The position numbers were made by a program, and so were the translations under genes. This document shows, in pieces, positions 48,669 to 59,745 of a stretch of 64,000 bases of DNA; within the stretch, counting starts at the first letter, position 1; each line of letters starts with the position of its first letter. The stretch is from the NCBI GenBank assembly GCA_020348925.1, contig CP070758.1:2183688-2247687 (forward strand), read 5' to 3'. Source of the stretch: Gemmatimonadota bacterium. Its GTDB lineage: Bacteria; JBHIER01; G020348925. The notes beneath the pieces are model-generated. The model did no database searches and was not told the origin of the DNA. It worked only from the letters and a program-made list of their open reading frames with translations.

Positions 48669-49805
48669 TTAATCCCGTAGCAATTGTCGAGCTATTACCA
48701 ATCTCTGAATCTCCGACGTCCCTTCACCGATCTCCGTCAATTTGGCGTCGCGCATGAATCGCTGCACCGGATATTCTCTCATATAACCCCGGCCGCCGTG
48801 AATCTGGACCGCATGGATCGTCGACCGCATGGCCACCTCTCCGGCGTACAGCTTGCACATGGCCGCCTCTTTGGTGAAGCGCACCCCAGAGTCCTTCATC
48901 CGAGAGGCATGATAGACCAAATGGCGAGCCGCTTCAATCTCCGTGGCCATATCCGCAATCTTCCATTGAATGGCCTGCAAATTGGCTATCGGCTTTCCGA
49001 ACTGAATTCGCTCCTTGGCCCATTCGATACTGGCATCAAGGGCTCCCTGCGCAATGCCCAGAGCCATGGCACCAATACTGATCCTGCCACCGTCCAGGGT
49101 GATCATGAACTGTTTGAAGCCCTCGCCCTCTTTTCCCAAGATATTCTCTCTCGGAATCCGGCAGTTCTCGAATATCAGCTCACACGTGTCGGAGCCCCGA
49201 AGCCCCAGTTTATTCTCCTTTTTTCCGATTGTAAAACCGGGCGTTCCACGTTCAACGATAAAGGAGCTGATGCCTTTCGTCCCTTTGCTCTTGTCGGTCA
49301 TGGCCGTAAAAACCACCGTCTTGGCAATACTGGCATTGGTGATAAAGCACTTTGTTCCATTGATGACGTAGTCATCGCCGTCCAGAACCGCCGTCGTCTG
49401 CGTTCCGGCAGCATCGGAACCGGCGTTCGGTTCGGTCAGGCCGAAGGCCCCGATCTCCTCGCCCTGCGCCAGGGGGATAAGATATTTCTTCTTCTGCTCC
49501 TCCGTCCCAAAGGCGTAAATAGGAAACGATCCGAGAGAAATATGTGCTGCATACGTGATGCCCGTCGATCCGCACACCCGTGAGATCTCCTCCACGGCGA
49601 TGGTGTAATGCATCGTATCTTTCCCCGCCCCGCCATACGCTTTCGGAAAATTGATACCCATGATGTCCAGCCTTGCCATCTCCTTGACGGTGTCCCAGGA
49701 AAATTCTCCGGTCCTGTCGATCTCCTCTGCCTTGGGCTCAATGATCTCCTTGGCAAAGGTTCGCATTTTCTGTTGAAACGCAAACTCCTCCTGCGTCAGT
49801 TCCAT
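48669..49805 (-). CDS. Acyl-CoA dehydrogenase; likely start [11 protein letters not shown]
   Basis: ACAD motifs (...[16 protein letters not shown]..., ...[15 protein letters not shown]...). Confidence 0.9.
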   Translation of the reverse strand: MELTQEEFAFQQKMRTFAKEIIEPKAEEIDRTGEFSWDTVKEMARLDIMGINFPKAYGGAGKDTMHYTIAVEEISRVCGSTGITYAAHISLGSFPIYAFGTEEQKKKYLIPLAQGEEIGAFGLTEPNAGSDAAGTQTTAVLDGDDYVINGTKCFITNASIAKTVVFTAMTDKSKGTKGISSFIVERGTPGFTIGKKENKLGLRGSDTCELIFENCRIPRENILGKEGEGFKQFMITLDGGRISIGAMALGIAQGALDASIEWAKERIQFGKPIANLQAIQWKIADMATEIEAARHLVYHASRMKDSGVRFTKEAAMCKLYAGEVAMRSTIHAVQIHGGRGYMREYPVQRFMRDAKLTEIGEGTSEIQRLVIARQLLRD

Positions 49806-49818
49806 TCTTCCTCCGATC

Positions 49819-50334
49819 TCAGTCAGCCGATCCCTCAAGAGGAGCAATCTCCACAAGAGGGACGCCCGCATCCACCAGATCACCATCGTTGTAATGTATT
49901 TTTTTCACCCGTCCATCTATGGGCGATCGCAGGGCATTTTCCATCTTCATCGACTCCACAATGATCAGGCTCTGATTTTTCTCCACGTGGTCGCCCTCAG
50001 TCACTTGAATTTTCACAACCGTCCCTGGCATGGGTGCGGCAAGGGACTGCTCCCCCGATGCAACCGAACCTCCCCTAACATATCCAGACCGAGCGGTCTC
50101 TTCAACCTCCTCCAGACAGAAATGATACCCATCGATATGGAGGTATCTTTTCTGTTCACTCGCAGCGATGGAGACCTTATATGATCGACCCTCGACCAAG
50201 AGGGACAGGCAATTTTCAGAAATAGGGCGAGCGTCAACAGGCACAGGGCCATCTCCAAAATCAATCGTGTAGTTTTCACCATCTGAGCGAACATCTATCT
50301 TGTATTGTTTTCCAGAAACTCCAAATTCGTATTC
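49819..50334 (-). CDS. Biotin carboxyl carrier protein domain protein (BCCP part of a split acyl-CoA carboxylase alpha subunit)
   Basis: C-terminal biotinyl domain with the ...[11 protein letters not shown]... (AMKM-type) biotinylation motif. Confidence 0.75.
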   Translation of the reverse strand, partial: EYEFGVSGKQYKIDVRSDGENYTIDFGDGPVPVDARPISENCLSLLVEGRSYKVSIAASEQKRYLHIDGYHFCLEEVEETARSGYVRGGSVASGEQSLAAPMPGTVVKIQVTEGDHVEKNQSLIIVESMKMENALRSPIDGRVKKIHYNDGDLVDAGVPLVEIAPLEGSAD

Positions 50335-50347
50335 CATGAAAACTCCA

Positions 50348-51865
50348 TCAGCTCGAAGCGATCTCCCACTTGCCAACCGTGTGCCACGGAGTGACCACCG
50401 CCTCTCGAAAACGGTTCGTACTCTTTGAAGGGGAAGCCTCTTTCATTGAGGCAATGGCTGCCGCGGCCAAGGCGACGTTGAGGCTTTCCCCGTTTTGGCC
50501 CTCTCCCCAATCGGCCATATGTCTCTCGATAAAGCTGGTGTATGTCCGGCCCGCAGCAAACTCGGGATGGGCGATAACGTCCCGCAGAAACCCAACGGTC
50601 GTCCGAATGCCCAAAATGGTCAGTTCGGACAGGGCCGAAATCATCCGTTTACACGCAACATCCCTGTCCTCTCCCCAGACAATGAGCTTGGACAGAATGG
50701 GATCGTAATGGACCGGAACCGTCCAGCCTGAGTAAATGCCGCAGTCGTGCCGCACACCCGGGCCCGATGGCTCCTGCAGAAAGAGAATTTTTCCGGGAGA
50801 AGGCATGAAATTGTTCTCCGGATTCTCGGCATAAATTCGGCACTCGATGGCATGTCCCAGTTGGGTCACATCCTCCTGGCGAAGGGACAATGTATCGCCG
50901 GAGGCGACGCGGATCTGCTGATGAACGAGATCGATGCCTGTGACCAACTCCGTCACCGGATGCTCGACCTGAAGCCGGGCATTCACCTCAAGAAAGTAGA
51001 AATTTCCCTCCCGGTCGAGAAGGAACTCCACCGTGCCGGCGTTGGAATACTCCGAAGCTCTGACCACTTTGAGGGCGGTCTCTCCCATCTTTGTTCTCAG
51101 ATTATCGTCCAGGGCCGGCGATGGTGTTTCCTCGATAATCTTCTGATGGCGTCGCTGGATTGAACACTCCCGCTCGAAGAGATGAACCGCCTGACCGTGC
51201 TTATCGGCCAGGATCTGAAACTCAATATGGCGCGGTTCTTCGATATATTTTTCGATGTACACCGACGCATCCCCGAAGGCCGATTTGGCCTCTCTCATTC
51301 CCCCCTCAACGGCCTCTTGCAGTTCGTTCTCCGACCCGACCACCCGCATGCCCTTGCCCCCACCCCCGGCCGAGGCCTTGATCAATACTGGATAGCCAAT
51401 CTTTTCGGCCTCTTCAACAAAGTCATCGGTCCCGCCACCCTTGTGCATCATGCCTGGAATAATGGGCACCCCTGCAGCGATCATGGTCTCGCGGGAAGCA
51501 ACCTTATCACCCACCAGTTTCAACGCCTTTGAATCCGGGCCGATAAAGGTGATGTCCTCCTCCTCACACCGCTGGGCGAAGAGATGGTTCTCAGCCAGAA
51601 AACCGTAGCCCGGATGGATGGCGTCAGCCCCCGTGGCCTTGGCCGTATTGACGATTGTCTCAATATTGAGATAACTTTGAAGTGGGGCCGGTGGTCCGAT
51701 ACAGATCGCCTCGTCGGCAACCTGAACATGGAGTGACTCCCGATCCACCTCGGAATATACCGCCACCGTCGGGATTCCCAGCTCCCGGCATCCCCTAATT
51801 ATGCGAACCGCAATCTCCCCGCGGTTGGCTATTAAAATCTTTTTAATCACAAAATTATTCATCAA
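50348..51865 (-). CDS. accC: Biotin carboxylase subunit (acetyl/methylcrotonyl-CoA carboxylase)
   Basis: IKKILIANRGEIAVRIIR N-terminus and ATP-grasp motifs. 505 aa. Confidence 0.9.
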   Translation of the reverse strand: MMNNFVIKKILIANRGEIAVRIIRGCRELGIPTVAVYSEVDRESLHVQVADEAICIGPPAPLQSYLNIETIVNTAKATGADAIHPGYGFLAENHLFAQRCEEEDITFIGPDSKALKLVGDKVASRETMIAAGVPIIPGMMHKGGGTDDFVEEAEKIGYPVLIKASAGGGGKGMRVVGSENELQEAVEGGMREAKSAFGDASVYIEKYIEEPRHIEFQILADKHGQAVHLFERECSIQRRHQKIIEETPSPALDDNLRTKMGETALKVVRASEYSNAGTVEFLLDREGNFYFLEVNARLQVEHPVTELVTGIDLVHQQIRVASGDTLSLRQEDVTQLGHAIECRIYAENPENNFMPSPGKILFLQEPSGPGVRHDCGIYSGWTVPVHYDPILSKLIVWGEDRDVACKRMISALSELTILGIRTTVGFLRDVIAHPEFAAGRTYTSFIERHMADWGEGQNGESLNVALAAAAIASMKEASPSKSTNRFREAVVTPWHTVGKWEIASS

Positions 51866-51889
51866 AGGTCAGATGAAGGCTGAGATCGT

Positions 51890-52402
51890 TCACCCCGCAA
51901 CAGGCGGTATAGTTTCAATAATGCGGTACAGTAGAAGCTTCGATATGACCACAAGATCTTTCGCTTCGGCGAAGAAACCCTTCTTTGGATGCAATAGTTG
52001 TCTCGCCTCCTCTTCAAAAGCCTTGAAGTATGAAGCCAGGGAAAACTCCTTCTTCAGTTCCTCCAAATGGGAGATAAGTGTATCAAACTCCCCCTTATCA
52101 AGCCAAACTCCCTGGCATGTGGGGCAGATGTCAAGGGGAAGGTCCGCATACCCAGCGTAATTGATGACACTCATATTCTCATGACACTTCGGACAGGAAC
52201 GTTCGCCCTGTTCGGTCGAAAGTTTCTCTGTGTCCGCCCAGAGTGAAAAATCGAAGCCTTCGAGCTTTCGATCCTTTTCATTCTTGGCCCGCTCCAGCTC
52301 CCCCTTGTCGAACCACAATCCGTCGCACTGCTCGCAGTGGTCGAGAACAATACCTTTAAAGTCGTGACGTTTTAAATCAACCCGGCAGTTAGGACATTTC
52401 AT
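51890..52402 (-). CDS. Double zinc-ribbon protein of unknown function
   Basis: CPNC...CEQC and CPKC...CPTC pairs. Confidence 0.55.
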   Translation of the reverse strand: MKCPNCRVDLKRHDFKGIVLDHCEQCDGLWFDKGELERAKNEKDRKLEGFDFSLWADTEKLSTEQGERSCPKCHENMSVINYAGYADLPLDICPTCQGVWLDKGEFDTLISHLEELKKEFSLASYFKAFEEEARQLLHPKKGFFAEAKDLVVISKLLLYRIIETIPPVAG

Positions 52403-52418
52403 GGGACCGCTTCCACTG

Positions 52419-52847
52419 TTATTCAGCCCGGTAGATATCGGGCTGCATTTTCCCAGGACTCATCAATTCGATGACCGACGGCGTTATTTTCAGGACGACG
52501 AGATTCGGATCATCGGGTCCGGAGAAGTAGGCTTTTAATTGATCGGACCAGAACCTCTTTTTCGTCTCAGCATCATCCAACACCTCTGCCGCGGCAGCAA
52601 TATTCAGGTACGCGTGCTCCATATCGTTCGGATCGGCCCCAAGAATAACGTGGACATTGGGATCCGCCTTGATCTGGGCCACCTTGCGGGATTGAACAAA
52701 GGTGTTCACGTACAACGTCAGGTCGTCGGTCCCGTGGGTCATGACATAGCGAACCCACGGCCGATCATCCTTGATGGTGGCCAATGAGGCCAGGTGCGAA
52801 CCTTTCAAAACGTCCAGGATCTTCTGCTTCAGCTCAGTTTCTTCCAT
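52419..52847 (-). CDS. Pyridoxamine 5'-phosphate oxidase-like FMN-binding protein (general stress protein 26-like)
   Basis: 142 aa, PNPOx split-barrel-like sequence. Confidence 0.65.
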   Translation of the reverse strand: MEETELKQKILDVLKGSHLASLATIKDDRPWVRYVMTHGTDDLTLYVNTFVQSRKVAQIKADPNVHVILGADPNDMEHAYLNIAAAAEVLDDAETKKRFWSDQLKAYFSGPDDPNLVVLKITPSVIELMSPGKMQPDIYRAE

Positions 52848-52882
52848 TTCCTTCCCCCTTTTTCGTAAGTCTCCGCTCTCTG

Positions 52883-53680
52883 CTAATCAACGGACCACTT
52901 CGGTTTTCTTTTCTCAAAGAATGCGGACATCCCTTCCTGCGCCTCCGCCCCCTCCCTCAATTTGGCCAGGACGTCGGCCGTATAGGCCCTTGCCTCTTCA
53001 AAATCCAGTTGAGGAACCTGTTGCAGCAGCTGTTTGCAGACATGGAGGGCATAGGGTCCACTGGAGAGCAGTTGCTTGACTCTCTCTCCGACAGCTGCAT
53101 CGAGCTCCCCCTCGGGAACGACCTGATTCACAAGACCCGATTCCAAGGCTCTCTGGGCGGTGAGCCGCTCCCCGGTCAGAAAGAACTCCCGGCACCTGCT
53201 CTCGCCGACCCGACGGACCACGTAAGGAGAGATGCAGGCCGGGACGACACCGATCTTCACCTCGCTGAAACTGAAAACGGCGGATTCGGCGGCGATGGCC
53301 AGGTCACACACGGCTACAAAGCCTGTCCCCCCACCGATGGCAGGCCCGTTGATTCGAGCAATCGTAGGCTTCGGTGATGAATACATACTGTACATCAATT
53401 CCGCAAGTCTGAGGGTGTCCTCGAAATTTTCTTGATACGAGTATCCCTGTATCCTCTTCATCCAGTGAAGATCCGCACCAGCACAGTAACATGTCCCACG
53501 ACCCGTTAAAACAACGACTCTGACATCATCTCGCCCCGCAATATTGTCAAATACTTCCAGCAACTCTCCGATCATAACGTCATTGAACGCGTTGCGTATC
53601 TCTGGGCGGTTCAATGTCACCCTGGCAACCAGATCCTCAACAGTGTACAGGATGGTCTCGTATTCTTTTTTCTCAGCCAT
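52883..53680 (-). CDS. Enoyl-CoA hydratase; by context, likely methylglutaconyl-CoA hydratase
   Basis: Crotonase motifs (...GTCYCAGADL..., ...GPAIGGGTGF...). It lies between the MCC carboxyltransferase and the biotin carboxylase. Confidence 0.8.
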   Translation of the reverse strand: MAEKKEYETILYTVEDLVARVTLNRPEIRNAFNDVMIGELLEVFDNIAGRDDVRVVVLTGRGTCYCAGADLHWMKRIQGYSYQENFEDTLRLAELMYSMYSSPKPTIARINGPAIGGGTGFVAVCDLAIAAESAVFSFSEVKIGVVPACISPYVVRRVGESRCREFFLTGERLTAQRALESGLVNQVVPEGELDAAVGERVKQLLSSGPYALHVCKQLLQQVPQLDFEEARAYTADVLAKLREGAEAQEGMSAFFEKRKPKWSVD

Positions 53681-53712
53681 GTATTGTCCCCAGATAGTCT
53701 TTGAAACTACAG

Positions 53713-55320
53713 CTACATTCGAAAGACACCGAATCGGTGATCAGGAACTGGTGCATTCAGAGCCATGGATATGCCCAGTCCGAGGCATGTCCGCGTATCC
53801 AGGGGATCGATGATGCCGTCGTCCCACAGCCTCGCCGTGCTGTAATAGGGGCTCCCCTCCTCCTCATACTTTCTCAGCGTCGGCTCTTTGAACTTCTCCT
53901 GCTCCTTATCACTCATCGTCTTGCCTTCGGCCGCCAGCTGAGCGAGCTTAACGGTCAGAAGAACATTGGACGCCTGTTCGCCCCCCATGACGGAGATACG
54001 GGCGTTGGGCCACATCCACAGAATCCGCGGGAAATAGCCCCTCCCGCACATGGCATAATTTCCAGCTCCGTAGGAACCGCCGAAGATGACCGTGAAGCGG
54101 GGCACCTGGGCCGTGGCCACGGCGTGGACCATCTTCGCTCCGTCTTTGGCGATGCCTCCATGTTCGTACTGTTTGCCGACGATAAATCCGGTGATATTCT
54201 GCAAGAAGAGAAGGGGGATCTTTCGGACGGCACACATGGAGACAAAATGAGCCCCCTTTTGGGCGCTCTCCGAGAAGAGGACGCCGTTATTGGCCACAAT
54301 GCCCACCGGATACCCCATGATGCGGGCATAGCCGGTAACGAGGGTCGTTCCGTACCGCTCCTTGAATTCGTGAAAGCGGCTGCCGTCAACGATCCGGGCG
54401 ATAACCTCCCGACTGTCGAACGGTCTTCTCAAATCTTTGGGAACGATGCCGTATATCTCCTCCGGATCGTAGTAGGGGTCCTCCGGTTCATCCCGCTCCA
54501 AGTCGAACTTCCGGGGGATCGGGATATTCTCAACGACGTTGCGGCACAATTCGATGGCATGCTCGTCATTCAGGGCAAAATGATCGGAGACACCGGATAT
54601 TCTCGTGTGAACATCGCCCCCACCCAGCTCCTCGGGCGTCACATCGACCCCGGTGGCCGCTTTCACCAGCGGGGGTCCGCCGATGAAGATGGTGCCCTGT
54701 TCTTTGACGATGATGGTCTCATCACTCATAGCCGGCACGTAGGCCCCGCCGGCCGTACACGATCCCATGACAACCGAAATCTGCGGGATACCGAGGGCTG
54801 AAAGCCGGGCCTGGTTGTAAAAGATTCGACCAAAATGCTCCTTGTCCGGAAAGACTCCGGCCTGCAAGGGCAGAAAGACACCCCCCGAGTCCACCAGATA
54901 GATGCACGGCAGTCGGTTCTCGAGAGCCACTTCCTGGGCCCGGACATGTTTTCTGACCGTCTCGGGGAAGTAGGTCCCACCTTTCACAGTGGCATCATTG
55001 GCCACAATGAGGACCTCTTTTCCATGAACCACTCCAATGCCGGTGACAATACCGGCGCAGGGAGCCTCATTGTGGTACAAACCATATGCGCACAGGGGAC
55101 TCAACTCCAAGAACGGTGTATTCTTATCCAGTAAACGGTCAAGGCGTTCCCGAACGGTCAATTTTCCTCTGGCCTTGTGTTTCTCAACGGCCTTGGCCGG
55201 TCCACCCTTCTTCACTTCGGCCAATCGTTCTTGAAGCTCGGACACGACCCGACGCATGTGCTCCCGATTTTCCTGGAACTCAGGGCTGGCTGTGTCTATA
55301 TGAGATTCGATTCGATACAT
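53713..55320 (-). CDS. Methylcrotonyl-CoA carboxylase carboxyltransferase (beta) subunit
   Basis: 535 aa acyl-CoA carboxyltransferase. The C-terminal ...[15 protein letters not shown]... is typical of the MCCase beta chain. Confidence 0.85.
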   Translation of the reverse strand: MYRIESHIDTASPEFQENREHMRRVVSELQERLAEVKKGGPAKAVEKHKARGKLTVRERLDRLLDKNTPFLELSPLCAYGLYHNEAPCAGIVTGIGVVHGKEVLIVANDATVKGGTYFPETVRKHVRAQEVALENRLPCIYLVDSGGVFLPLQAGVFPDKEHFGRIFYNQARLSALGIPQISVVMGSCTAGGAYVPAMSDETIIVKEQGTIFIGGPPLVKAATGVDVTPEELGGGDVHTRISGVSDHFALNDEHAIELCRNVVENIPIPRKFDLERDEPEDPYYDPEEIYGIVPKDLRRPFDSREVIARIVDGSRFHEFKERYGTTLVTGYARIMGYPVGIVANNGVLFSESAQKGAHFVSMCAVRKIPLLFLQNITGFIVGKQYEHGGIAKDGAKMVHAVATAQVPRFTVIFGGSYGAGNYAMCGRGYFPRILWMWPNARISVMGGEQASNVLLTVKLAQLAAEGKTMSDKEQEKFKEPTLRKYEEEGSPYYSTARLWDDGIIDPLDTRTCLGLGISMALNAPVPDHRFGVFRM

Positions 55321-55356
55321 GTGGATGCTTCGCTTTTCGGTGGAACTTAAAAAGGA

Positions 55357-55749
55357 TCACACCGGAACACATTTGTATCCGTAACAGAGGATGCCCGCTT
55401 CACCCACAGTCTGGATCCGACGAAATTCGACCTTCACCTTCTGGCCGATCTCCAGATGCTCCACGTCGCAGTCAACGACCTGAGCTGTCAGTCGCACGCC
55501 GTCATTCAATTCGACGATCCCGATCGCATAGGGCGCTTCATCGACAAATTGGCTCGGGGCCACGCGAATGACGGTGAACGTCTGCAACGTCCCCTCATCC
55601 TTCAGACGGACGATCTCGAATTCCCTGGCCCCGCACGCACAGACCAACCTCGGAGGGAAATAGGTCTTCCCGCAGCGGGTACATTTGCCCGCCTCCAGTC
55701 TGTACCTTTGAGGAATTTCACGCCAGTATCTCGCTGGTGTCACCATCAC
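55357..55749 (-). CDS. DUF35 Zn-ribbon/OB-fold protein (partner of SCP-x-type thiolase / HMG-CoA synthase)
   Basis: [18 protein letters not shown] zinc ribbon followed by an OB fold. It overlaps the upstream thiolase gene by 4 nt. Confidence 0.8.
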   Translation of the reverse strand: MMVTPARYWREIPQRYRLEAGKCTRCGKTYFPPRLVCACGAREFEIVRLKDEGTLQTFTVIRVAPSQFVDEAPYAIGIVELNDGVRLTAQVVDCDVEHLEIGQKVKVEFRRIQTVGEAGILCYGYKCVPV

Positions 55750-56903
55750 TGCACCTCCAATATATGCACAAGGGTGCTGCCACCACTGCCGCCCATATTC
55801 TGCGTCAATCCAACCCGGGCACCCTCAACTTGTCGTTTGTCCGCCTCTCCGCGAAGCTGTTTCACAATCTCAACAACCTGGGCCACACCTGTGGCTCCCA
55901 CAGGATGGCCCTTGGCCTTGAGGCCCCCGCTGGCATTCACCGGTATCTTTCCCCCCAGAGCCGTCAGTCCGCTCTCGGCCGCCGTCCCCCCTTTGCCCTT
56001 CTCAATGAACCCCAAAGCCTCAATGACACAAATCTCCGCTATGGTGAAACAGTCATGCACTTCGGCCAAATCGATATCCTCGGGCTTCTTACCGGCCATC
56101 TGATAGGCAGCTTCCCCTGCCTTGGCCGTAGCGTTCAAGGTCGTAACATCGTCACGGCTGTGGAGGGCTATGGTATCTGTGGCATGACCGACCCCGGTTA
56201 TTTTCACGACCGGCTTATCCGTTAGGGTCTTAGCCATATCAAGGGGACACAGGATAACGGCAGCGGCCCCGTCTGTGATGGGCGAGCAATCGAGGATCCT
56301 GAGCGGGTCCGCCACCATGACAGAGCTCAGGACACCCTCAACCGTCACCTCGAACGGATACTGAGCCAACGGATTCAAGGCTCCGTGCCGATGATTCTTG
56401 ACCGCGACATGAGCCAGTTGTTCTCGTGTCGTTCCATAGGTGTGCATATGGGCCCGGGCCATCATCGCATAGAGACCCGGAAAGGTAACTCCATGAAATC
56501 CTTCATATTCTTGATCGGCCGCCGTGGAAAGGGCGTAAGTGGCCTGATCCCCACCGACGTCGGTCATTTTTTCCACACCGGAGACGAGAACGATATCGCT
56601 GAAGCCCGCGGCCACTTCGAGAAAACCCTGCTTGACGGCCAGACCACCGGAAGCACACGCCGATTCGACTCTTGCCGCGGGAATAGGGCCCATGCCCAGG
56701 TAATCGGCCAGCTGGGAGGCCAGATGTTCCTGCCCGACAAAGAGTGCGCTGGTCATGCATCCCACATACATCGAATCGATGTGATCGACGCCGGCATCAT
56801 CGATGGCCAAGAGGGCTGTCTCCACAAAGATATCCCTGAGGGCTTTGTCCCACAGCTCCCCCCATTTCGTCATACCGATTCCAATGACTGCTACATCCCT
56901 CAT
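55746..56903 (-). CDS. Thiolase-domain protein of the SCP-x/archaeal acetoacetyl-CoA thiolase type; likely start [15 protein letters not shown]
   Basis: ...[15 protein letters not shown]..., ...ESACASG..., and C-terminal ...[16 protein letters not shown], then ATG at 56903. Confidence 0.85.
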   Translation of the reverse strand: MRDVAVIGIGMTKWGELWDKALRDIFVETALLAIDDAGVDHIDSMYVGCMTSALFVGQEHLASQLADYLGMGPIPAARVESACASGGLAVKQGFLEVAAGFSDIVLVSGVEKMTDVGGDQATYALSTAADQEYEGFHGVTFPGLYAMMARAHMHTYGTTREQLAHVAVKNHRHGALNPLAQYPFEVTVEGVLSSVMVADPLRILDCSPITDGAAAVILCPLDMAKTLTDKPVVKITGVGHATDTIALHSRDDVTTLNATAKAGEAAYQMAGKKPEDIDLAEVHDCFTIAEICVIEALGFIEKGKGGTAAESGLTALGGKIPVNASGGLKAKGHPVGATGVAQVVEIVKQLRGEADKRQVEGARVGLTQNMGGSGGSTLVHILEVQ

Positions 56904-56913
56904 TATCCTTCTC

Positions 56914-57963
56914 CTATTCAGTAATCTTGTTGATTTTGCCTCGAAATTTCGCGTAGGTCCCGTATTCAAGATAATTCTTGTTGCTGTCCAGCATCACCCT
57001 CGTCTTCGGTGCCATATCACGCACCTCTTCGATTCGGTCAGTGACGGTGAAGATGAACCCATCGCTGCCAGCCCCGGAACCATAGGAGCACATCAGAATT
57101 TTGTCTCCCGGAACGGCGATATCCAACGTGGCCGTCAAGCCCATGGGCGATGAACCGGAATAGGTGTTGCCCAGCTTCGGAACCAGCCAGCCCGGCTCAA
57201 TCTGTTCCCGCTTGAAGCCCAGCATCTTGCCGACCCTCATGGGAAACTTTCCGTTGGGCTGATGGAATATGGCGTAGGCGAAATCCTCGGGCTTCATTTG
57301 GGCCTTCTCCATGATGCCCCTGGCACATCCGGTGATGTGTTTGAAATAGGCCGGCTCACCTGTGAATCGGCTGGCATGCCGGGGATAATACTGATACTCC
57401 CGTCGCCAGAAATCGGGCGTATCGGTCATAAAGGCGTAAGTCAGATCGACGGAGGCAACAATATTCTGCTTCCCGAAGATGAAGGCCGCTGCTCCCGCCG
57501 AGGCTGCATATTCTAAGGCGTCACCCGGGGCTCCCTGGGACGTATCCGCACCGATGGCCAGACCGTAAGAGATGTGTCCTGCCTCAACCTGACTGAGAAC
57601 GACGTACATACCCTCCGAGCCGGCCTTACAGGCAAACTCAAAATCGGCCGTATGGACCTCCGGCGTCGCTCCCAGAGCTTCGGCCACTACTGTTCCGCTC
57701 GGTTTCACGGCATACGGATGGGATTCCGAACCGATATAGACAGCTCCGATCTCTTGGGGATCGATCCCCGCTCGCCGTAATGCATGTTTCGAAGCCTCAA
57801 CCGACATCGTGATCGTATCCTGATCCGGGGATGGTACGGACTTCTCTTCCAACATCAATCCTCTCTTGTAGCTCGGTGCATCTGCGCCCCACACCTTGGC
57901 AATCTCTTCCACTCGAATTCTATTTCTCGGCATGTAGGCACCATAGCCAACAATTCCAACCAC
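56914..57963 (-). CDS. Hydroxymethylglutaryl-CoA synthase (archaeal-type, about 350 aa)
   Basis: [12 protein letters not shown]..., ...[13 protein letters not shown]..., ...FHQPNGKFP... Confidence 0.85.
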   Translation of the reverse strand: MVGIVGYGAYMPRNRIRVEEIAKVWGADAPSYKRGLMLEEKSVPSPDQDTITMSVEASKHALRRAGIDPQEIGAVYIGSESHPYAVKPSGTVVAEALGATPEVHTADFEFACKAGSEGMYVVLSQVEAGHISYGLAIGADTSQGAPGDALEYAASAGAAAFIFGKQNIVASVDLTYAFMTDTPDFWRREYQYYPRHASRFTGEPAYFKHITGCARGIMEKAQMKPEDFAYAIFHQPNGKFPMRVGKMLGFKREQIEPGWLVPKLGNTYSGSSPMGLTATLDIAVPGDKILMCSYGSGAGSDGFIFTVTDRIEEVRDMAPKTRVMLDSNKNYLEYGTYAKFRGKINKITE

Positions 57964-58006
57964 ATTTGCCTCCTTTTTGATGCTGTGTTTCTCCAGACAT
58001 TAGAAG

Positions 58007-59716
58007 TTACTTCAAATCACGAATCCTTAATTGAAAATTGGCATTCCCCTCCCATTCGTTCTTCTCCAAAACATAGGCCATATCAAGATTCGGCTCACCT
58101 GGTGCGATGCGGTACAGGAGGTTCCCCATGCCGAAGCCTATTGCCTCGAAAATTCTCATATTTTGTCGAACTTTGAATTTCAAATGATTGTTGCCCACAA
58201 TACGTGGCGTCCCAACAACTTCAACATTTCGGGAAACGAATATCGGTTTCATATTCTGGGGACCAAAAGGGGCGAAGAGGTTGAGCAGACGGTAGAGTCT
58301 ATCATCAATCTCCGACAGTGAAATTTCCCCATCAATCCTCAGAATCGGAGCCAACTGTTCCTGTGTCAGCATTTTTTTCGTTATCCGGTCAAAGCACATC
58401 CGGAATTGCTCCAATTTGTCACGCTCGATCTTCAGTCCGGCCGCATATTTATGTCCCCCAAAACCGATAAGGCAATCCTTACATTCCTGGAGGGCATCAT
58501 AGAGATCGAAGCCTTGAATGCTCCTGGCCGAACCCTTTCCAACTGGTCCATCATAGGAGATGAGGATCGTCGGGCGATAGAATCTCTCGATAATGCGTGA
58601 GGCAACAATCCCGATCACGCCCGGATGCCAGTGCGAAGAGGCCAGAACGATGGTCCATGTATTGTCAAGATCAATATTCCGATCGATCATTTCCAAAGCC
58701 TCTTCAAAGGTTCGATCGTCAATCTCTCTCCGCTTCCTGTTCTCCTCTTCGAGAACCTGAGCCAAGTCCTTTGCCTCTGAGAGGTCCTCAGTCGTGAGCA
58801 ATCTCACTCCTCTTCGGGCATCTCCCATCCTTCCTCCGGCATTCAACCTTGGGGCTAAAATGAAAACCACCTGTCCGGTTCCCAGTTCCTTGCCTTTCAA
58901 TCCCACCATTTCAATCAAAGCCTGAATACCCAAATTATTACTGCTGGTGATCCTCTGAAGCCCGTACTTGACGAGGATGCGATTTTCCCCCCAGAGAGGT
59001 ACAATATCCGCGGTACTTCCCAAGGCTACGAGGTCTAAATACTCCAAAGGATCTTCCTCCTGACGCCCCAACCTCAGCGAAACCCCCTGTATGAGCTTAT
59101 ATGCAACGCCTACTCCGGCCAATTCCTTAAAAGGATATTCGCAATCTGGCCGTTTGGGATCGAGGACTGCCAGAGCGCGGGGTAGATCGGCCCCCGTTTC
59201 GTGGTGATCGGTCACTATCATATCGATACCCAGATCCAGGGCCAAGGCGACTTCATCAAAAGCCTTGATACCGCAGTCAACCGAAATGATAAGATTGACC
59301 CCTGCCTGTTTTGCCTGCTGGATGCCTGTATTCGAGATCCCATATCCCTCGCTGAGACGATCGGGTATGTAAAAAGTTGTTTCGACTCCACAAGTTTTCA
59401 AGAACCGCATCAGCATGGCGACTGCCGTGACACCATCGACATCGTAGTCCCCATAGACCATGACTTTCTCTTTCCCCTCAATTGCCTGACAAATCCGATC
59501 CACCGCTCTGCCCATATCCCTCATAGCGAATGGATCGCAGAGATCGTCCAACGATGGGCGCAGGAACGTTCGCGATTCTTCAAAGGTCGAAATACCGCGA
59601 TTCAAGAGAATCCGAGCAACAATTGGGGGGACCTTCAGCTTCCCCGCCAACGTTTTCATCCGCTCATGATCGGCGGCGTCGGGGAAAAGCCAGCGCATCC
59701 CTGACATTTTTCGTTC
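58007..59716 (-). CDS. recJ: Single-stranded-DNA-specific exonuclease RecJ (start probably MERKMSGMRW at 59716; the tracker ORF is extended to 59788)
   Basis: DHH motifs (...DYDVDGVTA..., ...VTDHHE...) and a DHHA1 domain. The upstream ORF extension would overlap rnpB. Confidence 0.85.
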   Translation of the reverse strand, partial: ERKMSGMRWLFPDAADHERMKTLAGKLKVPPIVARILLNRGISTFEESRTFLRPSLDDLCDPFAMRDMGRAVDRICQAIEGKEKVMVYGDYDVDGVTAVAMLMRFLKTCGVETTFYIPDRLSEGYGISNTGIQQAKQAGVNLIISVDCGIKAFDEVALALDLGIDMIVTDHHETGADLPRALAVLDPKRPDCEYPFKELAGVGVAYKLIQGVSLRLGRQEEDPLEYLDLVALGSTADIVPLWGENRILVKYGLQRITSSNNLGIQALIEMVGLKGKELGTGQVVFILAPRLNAGGRMGDARRGVRLLTTEDLSEAKDLAQVLEEENRKRREIDDRTFEEALEMIDRNIDLDNTWTIVLASSHWHPGVIGIVASRIIERFYRPTILISYDGPVGKGSARSIQGFDLYDALQECKDCLIGFGGHKYAAGLKIERDKLEQFRMCFDRITKKMLTQEQLAPILRIDGEISLSEIDDRLYRLLNLFAPFGPQNMKPIFVSRNVEVVGTPRIVGNNHLKFKVRQNMRIFEAIGFGMGNLLYRIAPGEPNLDMAYVLEKNEWEGNANFQLRIRDLK

Positions 59717-59745
59717 CATGCAGTTGTTGAGCATTGGTTTCAGGA

